IMG/VR virus record: IMGVR_UViG_3300025066_000039
Span: 1-52,774 of that record
Length of the DNA: 52,774 bases
Origin: a virus
Taxonomy: Duplodnaviria; Caudoviricetes
Strand: one strand, 5' to 3'
Position numbers and translations under genes: made by a program. The notes below the pieces were generated by a model, which saw only the letters and a program-made list of their open reading frames with translations, made no database searches and was not told where the DNA came from. Every line of letters begins with the position of its first letter. The stretch's first letter is position 1. Below, piece after piece: positions 1-8,203 of this stretch.

Positions 1-2
1 AG

Positions 3-353
3 TTGAAAGTTCGTAAGGTTGCAGGTTTTATTAACTACGACAAGAGTGAATTTGAATCGACTTCGGCACTCTTGGATGGTAATGATGCGAATTTAGAAGT
101 GCTTTGGAAAACCCAATATGCACTTACTGAGTTTACTGATGCCGCAAACTTCAAGTCATATACCGAATTGAAAACAAAACGAGATGCTGTTCTTGGTGCT
201 GATATTCGTCAGACAACTCCAGATAATACTTCTACTGCTGAAACAGTTAGTGAATCTGGTGGTGCAGAGGCCGCAGAAAAAGCATTTGGTGATAGTAGTA
301 CGGAAGAAGATACAGACGCACTCTCATATTTTGAAAAGTTAGCGAACGAGTAA
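3..353 (+). CDS. gp32: ssDNA-binding protein gp32, C-terminal fragment (gene starts before window)
   Basis: LKVRKVAGFINYDKSEF...FKSYTELK and acidic tail ending DALSYFEKLANE, typical of the gp32 C-terminus in marine T4-like phages. Confidence 0.9.
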   Translation: MKVRKVAGFINYDKSEFESTSALLDGNDANLEVLWKTQYALTEFTDAANFKSYTELKTKRDAVLGADIRQTTPDNTSTAETVSESGGAEAAEKAFGDSSTEEDTDALSYFEKLANE

Positions 354-374
354 ACTGATTTTTATCTTCTATTG

Positions 375-405
375 AAAAAGGAGTCCTTCGGGACTCCTTT
401 TTTTT
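375..405. terminator. Bidirectional intrinsic terminator with C-UUCG-G tetraloop
   Basis: AAAAA-GGAGTCC-TTCG-GGACTCC-TTTTTTTT between convergent genes; the CUUCGG loop is characteristic of T4 terminators. Confidence 0.95.
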
Positions 406-1924
406 AACCCTGTTTCCACATCCAAGGCGGATATTGGTTATATGAACGAATTTCGTTAATTATAACACTGCTGGTTTGAGCCGGCGGTGGCGGCGGTGTT
501 TTTGTGTATGCTGGAGTCATTCCTCTTCCGTCCCCGGTTGTGTCGTGGATTTGGCCAGCTGGTGGTGCTTTTTTCGGGCGAGACACCTCGCCTATGCCAA
601 CTACACCTGCAATCATATCCATCAAATCACTTATAGGACCGCCCGAATCCGAAATCGGTTCTACAGATTCCTGAGTATCAGATTCTACACCGAGCCAACT
701 GGCCATCGTTGTCAATATCGGAGTCGCAGTCTGAACAAGGTCCCCAGTGCGTTCTTCTTCATTGGTGAAATCCGCCTGAGTGTCGGTTTGTATTTCTTCT
801 TTGATGGGCCCGGAGCTGGGCTCAGACATACCATAAGCAGACTCTATACTTGCTAATATACTTTGAGTTGTGGCATCTATAGAAGATAATGTTTCAGCTG
901 AAGATATGATTCCTTCATCTTCTTCTGCAACGGCCGTGGCCTCGTTCTCCATCATTTCATCGGGGGACATGTCTTCTTCGCCACCACCAAAAAGGCCTGT
1001 AATACCACCCCAGATACTACTGCCAAAATCTTTTAAACCCTCCCAAGCACCAGACACCATATCTCCAATACCACTAAAAAATCCTCCGCCTTCTTCGTCA
1101 CCCAAAGATTTTTTAAGTTCTTCCCAATTAAATCCTGGACCTTCATCAGGGGTTGCAAGAGTTTCACTAATACTACCCAATTCACCAGTCATTTCACTTG
1201 CATCCACAGTAAGGTCTGCAAACGAACCACCACTTGATGCACCACCACCCAACATATTAGTCATCCCCTCAGATGATTCTGTCAATGTTTCTACATTAGG
1301 GAGAAACTGACCCTCTTTATTGTTATTTGCTTCTGCTGGTTTGACAGTTTCTTCATTATTAAAGATATTGGTAGTTGAGTTTGTTGTTACTTCGTCTGAT
1401 AAACTTTCGGGTAATGCTGATGTTCCTTCGGCCGATAAACTTTCAGGTACAGTGTCAGCATCTTCAGCCATTCCAGAAAATAGATTATCTTGTGTTTTTT
1501 GTTGGTCTTTTTGTTGTTCTTTAGCGTCTAATTTTTCATTATCGGTTTTATTGTCGTCAGTTTTTCCTAAATCTTTAGAATCAATTACCAATTTATCAAT
1601 GTTTGCAGTATCTATTTCTAGAGTATCAATCTCTAAATTGTCGATAGTCATTGTATCATAATTTGTATCTTCTTCGTCATCACCAAACAGAAAATCTCCT
1701 ACTGCACCAAGGCCTTTTTCTGCTAGTCCACCAACACCTTTTCCGACACCAGATGCGCCCGCACCTATGCCTTCACCAAGTCCACTATAAGCACTACCAA
1801 TACCTTTACCAACACCACTGGCAGCACTACCAATACCTTTACCTACGCCTGCAATACCTGCACCCAAACCCGGTATAAGGCCTGGAATCATCATTGCTCC
1901 CATCAGTGCAAGTGGTAGTGGCAT
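404..1924 (-). CDS. Putative tape-measure protein (gp29 positional equivalent), 506 aa
   Basis: Lies directly downstream of tube-like gene/gp26/gp51; 11-residue periodic amphipathic Gly/Ala repeats (GVGKGIGSAAS GVGKGIGSAYS; SGAWEGLKDFG SSIWGGITGLF); acidic low-complexity spacers. Confidence 0.6.
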   Translation of the reverse strand: MPLPLALMGAMMIPGLIPGLGAGIAGVGKGIGSAASGVGKGIGSAYSGLGEGIGAGASGVGKGVGGLAEKGLGAVGDFLFGDDEEDTNYDTMTIDNLEIDTLEIDTANIDKLVIDSKDLGKTDDNKTDNEKLDAKEQQKDQQKTQDNLFSGMAEDADTVPESLSAEGTSALPESLSDEVTTNSTTNIFNNEETVKPAEANNNKEGQFLPNVETLTESSEGMTNMLGGGASSGGSFADLTVDASEMTGELGSISETLATPDEGPGFNWEELKKSLGDEEGGGFFSGIGDMVSGAWEGLKDFGSSIWGGITGLFGGGEEDMSPDEMMENEATAVAEEDEGIISSAETLSSIDATTQSILASIESAYGMSEPSSGPIKEEIQTDTQADFTNEEERTGDLVQTATPILTTMASWLGVESDTQESVEPISDSGGPISDLMDMIAGVVGIGEVSRPKKAPPAGQIHDTTGDGRGMTPAYTKTPPPPPAQTSSVIINEIRSYNQYPPWMWKQG

Positions 1925-1938
1925 TTTATTTCATTTCT

Positions 1939-2115
1939 CTATTTTCGTTTTGCATTTCTTTCTTCTATTTTCTTATTCTCTTCTTTGATGTATGTTAGGA
2001 GTTGAGTCACATAAATTTCTTTTTCCCAAGGTATCATCATTTCTATTTCTGTTAAACTGTATTTGTGGTGTTGCATTAATTGAAAGTTGAGTTTATAGTA
2101 ACCGAACAGGCTCAT
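1939..2115 (-). CDS. gp51: Short gp51-like baseplate hub assembly protein (58 aa; not in ORF track); possibly made as a -1 frameshift extension of gp26
   Basis: Manual translation: MSLFGYYKLNFQLMQHHKYSLTEIEMMIPWEKEIYVTQLLTYIKEENKKIEERNAKRK*; YYKxNFxLMQHHKYSLTEIExMIPWE motif of cyanophage-type gp51. Confidence 0.9.
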   Translation of the reverse strand: MSLFGYYKLNFQLMQHHKYSLTEIEMMIPWEKEIYVTQLLTYIKEENKKIEERNAKRK

Positions 2116-2139
2116 GTGACTGAGCCCTACTTGAAAAAA
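2108..2139 (-). promoter_or_regulatory. Candidate -1 programmed ribosomal frameshift signal
   Basis: In-frame T_TTT_TTC heptamer (2139-2133), 5-6 nt spacer, stem-loop GGCTCA-GTCACA-TGAGCC (2126-2109); the -1 frame reads open into gp51. Confidence 0.65.
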
Positions 2140-2846
2140 GAGAGTAGTCCTTGTAATTTAAATGTTCGATTTTCTCCATCTTTTGTTTTATATTTTACTT
2201 CATATTCTAGTTTTGGAGAAGTTGTGTAGAATTTTATTATTTTTTCATATTGTTCTTTTGTAAGATTGCCTACAAATTCTCCCATTTCCGCGGCCGAGAT
2301 TATATCACCATCAACGGTTTCTTCTTTTGTTTCTATTGTATCGATTGTATTGACGATTAAATTGTAAAGTGGAACTTGATTCTCTTTTTTATTTTGTCTA
2401 TTTAAATTTTCCATAACATCAATGCTAGGGTATTTCATGTATATTATCAAATCGTCTGATATTTTAATTTTGTTTGTATGGTTTTTTGTTCTTATAACTT
2501 CGATGTCGTTAATATTAATTTTTGTTTGTATGGTTTCTTTTGTTTTTGGACAAGTGAATTTTGGAGTTACTGTTTCTCCGATAGATTTGGCACGAAGCTT
2601 TAAATACATGTATTCGATATCGAACATTGGTAAATTAATGATATCTTCGATTCCTTCTACACACGATTCAATTAATTCTTGAACTGCATGGATGACTTCC
2701 ATTTCGTCTGAAGATTGTTTCGCTATCAACAGAATTTTTTCTTCCTTTACTAAAAATGGCCTGAATTTTTTAATTTCACCATTAGAAGGTAATGTCAATT
2801 CATATTTTGGGGTTGATGCTTTTAAAATGTCTAATATACTACTCAT
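2127..2846 (-). CDS. gp26: Baseplate hub assembly chaperone gp26
   Basis: PKYELTLPS...FRPFLVKEEKILL...FDIEYMYLKLRAKSIGE...C-terminal GLLSFF. Confidence 0.9.
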   Translation of the reverse strand: MSSILDILKASTPKYELTLPSNGEIKKFRPFLVKEEKILLIAKQSSDEMEVIHAVQELIESCVEGIEDIINLPMFDIEYMYLKLRAKSIGETVTPKFTCPKTKETIQTKININDIEVIRTKNHTNKIKISDDLIIYMKYPSIDVMENLNRQNKKENQVPLYNLIVNTIDTIETKEETVDGDIISAAEMGEFVGNLTKEQYEKIIKFYTTSPKLEYEVKYKTKDGENRTFKLQGLLSFFK

Positions 2847-2892
2847 TATTTAAATTCCTTTTTGTTTGTAGTGTTTTATAATATTATGTGGT

Positions 2893-3414
2893 TTATGCAT
2901 AATAATAGTATTTGTAATAATTAAAAGTTACTTGTAATTTAGCAACTTCGTTTTGCATTCCATATGAGAAGTTGGATGGAATAATTGATGATGGATATGC
3001 GCCAAATACTGCATATGTTCCCGTAACGGCAGTTGAGTCCGGGGTTGTAGTAAAGATGACCAAAGAGTGTTCGCGAATTTTTATCATATCAAGATTTGGT
3101 ACATTGTTGAATCCAACAATACCATTCATCCAATTTTCAAAATAATTCCTTTCGGCATTATTTTGACTAAGGTTAAGAGTCATAACAATCTCATCATTGA
3201 ATTGTTGTCTGTATGGAAATTGTTTATGTGTTCCATATATTGTATCAGTAAATACTTGAAAACTTCGCGATGGTAGAGTTATAGAATCGGGATACCATTC
3301 AACTGCACTACCCCCTGGCGGCGTTGTTTCCACTCTATACTTAGTGGGGGATTGAAATCCTCCAGAGTAAAATGCTTTGAAGTTGTCAATACTGTTGTTT
3401 GTTCCTATGGCCAT
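2893..3414 (-). CDS. Tail-tube-fold protein, probable gp54 baseplate tail tube initiator
   Basis: gp19-like motifs (ITLPSRSF, YFENW, AYPSSI..SNFSY, LQVTFNY); second tube paralog next to gp4/gp26. Confidence 0.7.
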   Translation of the reverse strand: MAIGTNNSIDNFKAFYSGGFQSPTKYRVETTPPGGSAVEWYPDSITLPSRSFQVFTDTIYGTHKQFPYRQQFNDEIVMTLNLSQNNAERNYFENWMNGIVGFNNVPNLDMIKIREHSLVIFTTTPDSTAVTGTYAVFGAYPSSIIPSNFSYGMQNEVAKLQVTFNYYKYYYYA

Positions 3415-3441
3415 AGATTTACCTTTGTATGTTCCTTATTA

Positions 3442-3449
3442 TATTTATG
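3442..3449 (-). promoter_or_regulatory. T4-type late promoter (CATAAATA)
   Basis: 7/8 match to TATAAATA upstream of the 3414 start. Confidence 0.55.
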
Positions 3450-3864
3450 GAAGAATATCGTCTTCTGTTAAAATAATAAACTTCCAACCTTTATTTTCGC
3501 AAAATTTCTTTGCAGAATTCCACTTTTCTTGATTTATCGTATATCGGACACATTCATTTATGTAATTTTTTGATTTTCTTTTTGGCTTCTTTGGTGGTTT
3601 AGTTTGTTTTTTGGGTTTTACTTCTATAATAGATACTTTTTCATTGCTTTTTATGATAAAATCTGGGTAATATCGATGCATTTTTTTGTCTGTTGTAGAA
3701 TAATACGGAATTGCAATTTCTTCACTTCCCCATTGAGAAACACTTTTGTTTTCGTCAAGGTATTTGCATACTCTTCTTTCCCATAAAGATCTACATATGA
3801 TATTAGATGCATCTCCCATATATTTATTTGCGTTTTTTATTTTATATTTTGTTTTATATGCCAT
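3445..3864 (-). CDS. gp4: Head completion nuclease gp4 (TnsA-like PD-(D/E)xK)
   Basis: MAYKTKY..KYMGD..IICRSLWERR..WGSEEIAIPY..HRYYPDF..IEVKPKKQTKPP..NQEKW; ATG at 3864 preferred over TTG at 3882. Confidence 0.93.
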   Translation of the reverse strand: MAYKTKYKIKNANKYMGDASNIICRSLWERRVCKYLDENKSVSQWGSEEIAIPYYSTTDKKMHRYYPDFIIKSNEKVSIIEVKPKKQTKPPKKPKRKSKNYINECVRYTINQEKWNSAKKFCENKGWKFIILTEDDILP

Positions 3865-3884
3865 ATTTCTTAAAAAATTCAATA

Positions 3885-3892
3885 TATGTATA
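3885..3892 (-). promoter_or_regulatory. Late promoter variant TATACATA for the leftward block
   Basis: Reverse complement of TATGTATA; back-to-back with the rightward TATAAATA. Confidence 0.65.
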
Positions 3893-3900
3893 TTTTAAAG

Positions 3901-3908
3901 TATAAATA
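3901..3908 (+). promoter_or_regulatory. T4-type late promoter TATAAATA
   Basis: Perfect gp55 consensus in the divergent intergenic region. Confidence 0.8.
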
Positions 3909-3964
3909 ATATAGTAATTAATATAAGGAATTCAATAATGACAAATATAGCAGGATCAGAATAA

Positions 3965-4927
3965 ATGGGAGCTGGAACAGACACATGGCCGATACCGGGT
4001 GACCAAGATCCGGAATGGGGATCTGCGGGAGGGTATCTTAATTTTTTTGCCCAGCAATTCCATCTAACTTCTGATGATAGGGCAGAATCTACAGAAGAAG
4101 GCAATGGATGGGCAGGTGCTGGTGGAATGATACACAATATTACCCTACCATATACCAATTGCACCACAACAGAGACCGCAACATGGGATAGTGGGAAAAA
4201 TACAGTTGGTGCCACAGATGCAAATACTGGTTGGGCATGGTTTCGAGATATAGGATATGATATGAAAGAGTGGGTCGGTATGGCGGGTGTCTATAATCAT
4301 GTAAACATGGAAGTAAGTAGTGCCGGATTTAAAGGTCCAGTTTTAAGACAAAGACATTATAGTTGGAATTTGATAAATAGAAGTGGTGGCCAGGATGAAG
4401 GCCGAGTAATCGCAGGAATTTGTAGAAAATTCCAAGCATCTGTATACCCTAAAATGGATCCGATGCGAACGGCCGATAATATTGTCCAACCACCACCAAT
4501 GTGGACCACAACAGTATTTCCATCTGGAAATGATGGGCCGGGTGTAAACAATATTGGTACTAATCCAGTTAGTAGTCCTATGCAAGAGAGGTATAATCAA
4601 GGGGGGTATGAAGTGGATTCTGAAGGCCAGTTCTTCGGCGGCATGCAACACCCTGTTGCAACTCCGGGAAAATGGAGATGGTCTATGGACCCTTTCACTT
4701 CTGTTCTTTTAAATGTTAATATATCTCCTACTGAAGGCACAGAAGGTGCTATGACAATGACACAAGACGGGTGGCCATTAGTTACTACATTAAAGATTTC
4801 ATTTTTAGAAGTTGATCAATGCATTGCAAAACAGAACTGGAGTAGTATAATTCCATATAGTTGGGCCCAAAATGATTCAGATTCTACCCAAGGGCAAGGG
4901 TGGGGTGATGATTATTCAACACTATAA
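3965..4927 (+). CDS. gp48: Baseplate tail tube cap gp48-like
   Basis: FKGPVLRQRHYSWNL...ICRKFQASVYP...PPPMW...DGWPLVTTLKISFLEV; position before gp53. Confidence 0.7.
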   Translation: MGAGTDTWPIPGDQDPEWGSAGGYLNFFAQQFHLTSDDRAESTEEGNGWAGAGGMIHNITLPYTNCTTTETATWDSGKNTVGATDANTGWAWFRDIGYDMKEWVGMAGVYNHVNMEVSSAGFKGPVLRQRHYSWNLINRSGGQDEGRVIAGICRKFQASVYPKMDPMRTADNIVQPPPMWTTTVFPSGNDGPGVNNIGTNPVSSPMQERYNQGGYEVDSEGQFFGGMQHPVATPGKWRWSMDPFTSVLLNVNISPTEGTEGAMTMTQDGWPLVTTLKISFLEVDQCIAKQNWSSIIPYSWAQNDSDSTQGQGWGDDYSTL

Positions 4928-4932
4928 TCAGT

Positions 4933-4940
4933 TATAAATA
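4933..4940 (+). promoter_or_regulatory. T4-type late promoter TATAAATA
   Basis: Perfect consensus just upstream of gp53. Confidence 0.65.
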
Positions 4941-4944
4941 ATAT

Positions 4945-5982
4945 ATGTTTGAACATTATCCAAAAATTGATTATAAGTTTATAAATGAAGACGGGCAGAT
5001 TACTAATTTAGAAATTGTTGATGTTTTTAGAAATGTTTCTATTAAAAAAGAAACATTAAAGAATTCTTCAAATTTTAGATACCATGTAGTAGGCGATGGT
5101 GACACTCCCGAACAAATTGCGGTTGATTTATATAATGATTCTTTTTTGTGGTGGGTAGTATTATTAACAAACGGAATAATTGATAAAAACCAAGAATGGC
5201 CTAAAGATACTAAAGAAATAAATAGAATATTTGATGAGTTCTTAGACGGTAGTGTTTATTTTATAGTAGAAAATCCGGCTATACAAAAAGATGATATTAT
5301 GGTTAAACGAGATGTTGATAAGACTGGTTCAGTTGACATAGAAATCTTTGGTATTATTAACGAATATGATAAACATCTTCATAAAATTAAAATAAAGACT
5401 GATAGGTCTGAAGGAACATTTGAAGAGAATGATGAATTTTATCTTTTTCGCCGGGATGCGGCAAACAAGTGGGATACCGTTAGTGGAATGGGACTTACTG
5501 CATGTGCCAAGCAAACATTAGGATCTACCGCTGGATGCACTCCAGTTGGATATTTAGATTTCCCTTGTGGGACTGGACCCTACTGTGCAACTGCGGGTTC
5601 TACCTATGGAATTATTAGGAAAAAATCAACATTTAAAAGTGCAGTAAAACAATTTGAAGTTGATGGTGTTCCCATTGATCCATATGCTGTTCCAAATTCT
5701 ATAGGCGGAGCAACGGGAAGTTATTATAGTGGTGCCGGGCAAAACATATGCGGTTTAACAAGTACAGTTTTATATAAGTATATTGAAGGTTCATTGCAAA
5801 GCAATCATCCAGCAATTAAAGTAATAGGGGAGGGTGCGGATATTATCAGAAAAAATGATGATAGACGAACTATTAAAGTTCTTACTCCAATTATAGTGCG
5901 AAAAATTGTAGGAGAGATAAAGGCAGTTATGAATTCTACTGTTCCTCCCGGAACCACAAAATATATAGAATTCGATTTCTAA
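4945..5982 (+). CDS. gp53: Baseplate wedge protein gp53 (LysM-like) with internal insertion
   Basis: MFEHYPKIDY..YHVVGDGDTPEQIAVDLY..WWVVLLTNGIID..EWP..NDDRRTIKVL. Confidence 0.88.
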   Translation: MFEHYPKIDYKFINEDGQITNLEIVDVFRNVSIKKETLKNSSNFRYHVVGDGDTPEQIAVDLYNDSFLWWVVLLTNGIIDKNQEWPKDTKEINRIFDEFLDGSVYFIVENPAIQKDDIMVKRDVDKTGSVDIEIFGIINEYDKHLHKIKIKTDRSEGTFEENDEFYLFRRDAANKWDTVSGMGLTACAKQTLGSTAGCTPVGYLDFPCGTGPYCATAGSTYGIIRKKSTFKSAVKQFEVDGVPIDPYAVPNSIGGATGSYYSGAGQNICGLTSTVLYKYIEGSLQSNHPAIKVIGEGADIIRKNDDRRTIKVLTPIIVRKIVGEIKAVMNSTVPPGTTKYIEFDF

Positions 5983-6004
5983 TGTATAAAGGAATTAATA
6001 TATT

Positions 6005-8188
6005 ATGAGTAGTTCAACATTAGCACACAATCGTGGATATAGTATTGATGTATCGAAAGTATACATACGAAAAATGAGTTCGGGTGAAAAATATCATATT
6101 GTAGATGATGGCGAGGAAACAGGCAATATGGGATCTTTGCTTTTGACCTTGCGTATTGATGAAAGTATATTAAGTTCGGTAATTACAGGAAATATTGTAA
6201 TAAAAAATCCAGGAAAGGCCCTTGAAAAATTTAAAATTTCTGGTCAAGATGAAATAATTCACATCGAAATGAAAACACCACATCTTGAAGGTTCTGAGCA
6301 GGAATTAGAATTTTGTATAGTTTCGGTAAATGAATTTGGCCAAGGAGCAGATACCCTAGGCAAACTGGGCGGGGGCATTAAAGATAACAAAATGCAACTT
6401 CATTTTATGTCATGTGAACCAATGTATCTTGATATTTCTGATTGGAAAGGTGGGGAGGGTGAACTTTTTAATCAAGATATGTTTATGAAAATTGCATCAA
6501 AAGGTGTTAATTTGGGTGCGATTGGGGATTGGTTAAACTTGAATGTAGAAGGGGGATTAGTTAATGCTATTGCACCAAAATATTTTGAAGGGAAAAACGG
6601 ATGGGTATGTGGTAAACAAAAAGAAGGTATGGATATAGAAAATACTCATAATGGAATATGGTTAAAAACAAATTCTCAATTATATCCTTGGGGCAAAGAA
6701 ACAAATTCTATGACTCTTATGCAACTTATGAAAAATATGGCAGAAAATGCAATAGACGAAGATGAAACTTGGTGTAATTATGTTTTTTATCATGATTTTG
6801 ATAAATGGCATTTTAAATCTATAAAGAATATGGTTGAGGAAAATAAAAATGACATCCCGCGGGGACAAGATGCAGGAGATATTCAAACCACTTCTAGGGC
6901 AGTATATGGCATAAAAGATGGAATAAGTTCAAAAGAAGAATCCGATACAGGTGACCCAAAAATAATGACTAGCAGGAGTATTATTGCTTCACCAAATCAT
7001 TTAAAATTGTGGAAAGATGGGGTATATGCTTCATATTATTATCATGTGGAGCCAGATTATTCAGATCCATATAATTATTATATGGATACTGCGACCGTGC
7101 ATAAAAATAAATTTGTAACTTATGAATATCATAGAGATTGGGAAGAAAAATCGTGGAATACTTTTACGGTAGAAAAATTTAAATTTCTACCCGAAGATAT
7201 TAAGACGGTAATTGATTCAGAGAAACCAAATAAAAATTTAAAATTTAGAAACATACCAGAGGTATATGGATATTTTGAAAATGCATATAATAGCAAAAAC
7301 CCACACAATAAATATGATTTTCTTTCCAGTAGGCAGGGGAACGGGTCTCTTGGCAAACGAAATGATGTTGTGTGGCAATCAATGTCTGATCAAACAAATT
7401 TAAAATTGGAAACTATCCAAACAATTCAACAAGATATTATTGGTCCAACAAGAGAAAATTATTTGGAATATATTTTTAAAAAGAATCTTAAAGAAAAGTG
7501 GAATATATATCGACATACAATATGCTGTGATAAGATTGATGAAAAACGACAATTCCTAGCAGTTATTGATGATGCAAAATTAATACAAGAAAATGGTAAG
7601 GGTGGCATATATGAATATTCGTGGAGAGAAGTGGAAATGTGGCCTAAACAATATATTAATTATATTAATGAGGATGAAGAAGAAGAAGAAGTTCAAGCAG
7701 AAATTGTATCTCATCCAGATGCACCCATAACCATTGCTGTTGTTCCAGAGTCTAGAGGTGGATTAAAGGGTGTTATGAGTGATGAAGAAAATAATATAAC
7801 AGGTAAAGATGGTGCATATAATATTAATGAATTGTTAAATCATCAAGTAGGGGATGATGTATATACTGGTCCTGGTATCAATGCGGCCGAGATTGAAGAA
7901 TCATACCCAGATGGAAATGATTATCCAGACGGGCATCAAATGATGCCAGTAGGGGGGTATTGGAAAATTGGAGATGATCCCTGTCTAATGCGTGAAGAAG
8001 GTGAAATGTGTGGCCAATTTTGGAAACATATTGTAGAGATGAATGTTATACCGGCAGATATGCTAGAAACAATTTCTCCTATTAAACCTGATCCCGAAGA
8101 AGATATGGTGGATATTGAAATTCCAGATAGAATATATTTCTTTGATGTTCAAAATGCACACGATGGATTATGTAGTTGTCCAAACTAA
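6005..8188 (+). CDS. gp27-like baseplate hub, N-terminal part, plus an extra C-terminal domain
   Basis: LRIDESILSSVITGNIVI..G.DEIIHIEMKTP and YVFYHDFDKWHFKSI motifs of T4-like hubs; follows gp53; lacks the hub C-terminal GD..L..G motif. Confidence 0.6.
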   Translation: MSSSTLAHNRGYSIDVSKVYIRKMSSGEKYHIVDDGEETGNMGSLLLTLRIDESILSSVITGNIVIKNPGKALEKFKISGQDEIIHIEMKTPHLEGSEQELEFCIVSVNEFGQGADTLGKLGGGIKDNKMQLHFMSCEPMYLDISDWKGGEGELFNQDMFMKIASKGVNLGAIGDWLNLNVEGGLVNAIAPKYFEGKNGWVCGKQKEGMDIENTHNGIWLKTNSQLYPWGKETNSMTLMQLMKNMAENAIDEDETWCNYVFYHDFDKWHFKSIKNMVEENKNDIPRGQDAGDIQTTSRAVYGIKDGISSKEESDTGDPKIMTSRSIIASPNHLKLWKDGVYASYYYHVEPDYSDPYNYYMDTATVHKNKFVTYEYHRDWEEKSWNTFTVEKFKFLPEDIKTVIDSEKPNKNLKFRNIPEVYGYFENAYNSKNPHNKYDFLSSRQGNGSLGKRNDVVWQSMSDQTNLKLETIQTIQQDIIGPTRENYLEYIFKKNLKEKWNIYRHTICCDKIDEKRQFLAVIDDAKLIQENGKGGIYEYSWREVEMWPKQYINYINEDEEEEEVQAEIVSHPDAPITIAVVPESRGGLKGVMSDEENNITGKDGAYNINELLNHQVGDDVYTGPGINAAEIEESYPDGNDYPDGHQMMPVGGYWKIGDDPCLMREEGEMCGQFWKHIVEMNVIPADMLETISPIKPDPEEDMVDIEIPDRIYFFDVQNAHDGLCSCPN

Positions 8189-8196
8189 GATAAATA
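8189..8196 (+). promoter_or_regulatory. Late promoter variant GATAAATA
   Basis: 7/8 match in the 15-nt gap before the 2604-aa gene. Confidence 0.5.
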
Positions 8197-8203
8197 GTAT
8201 ATA

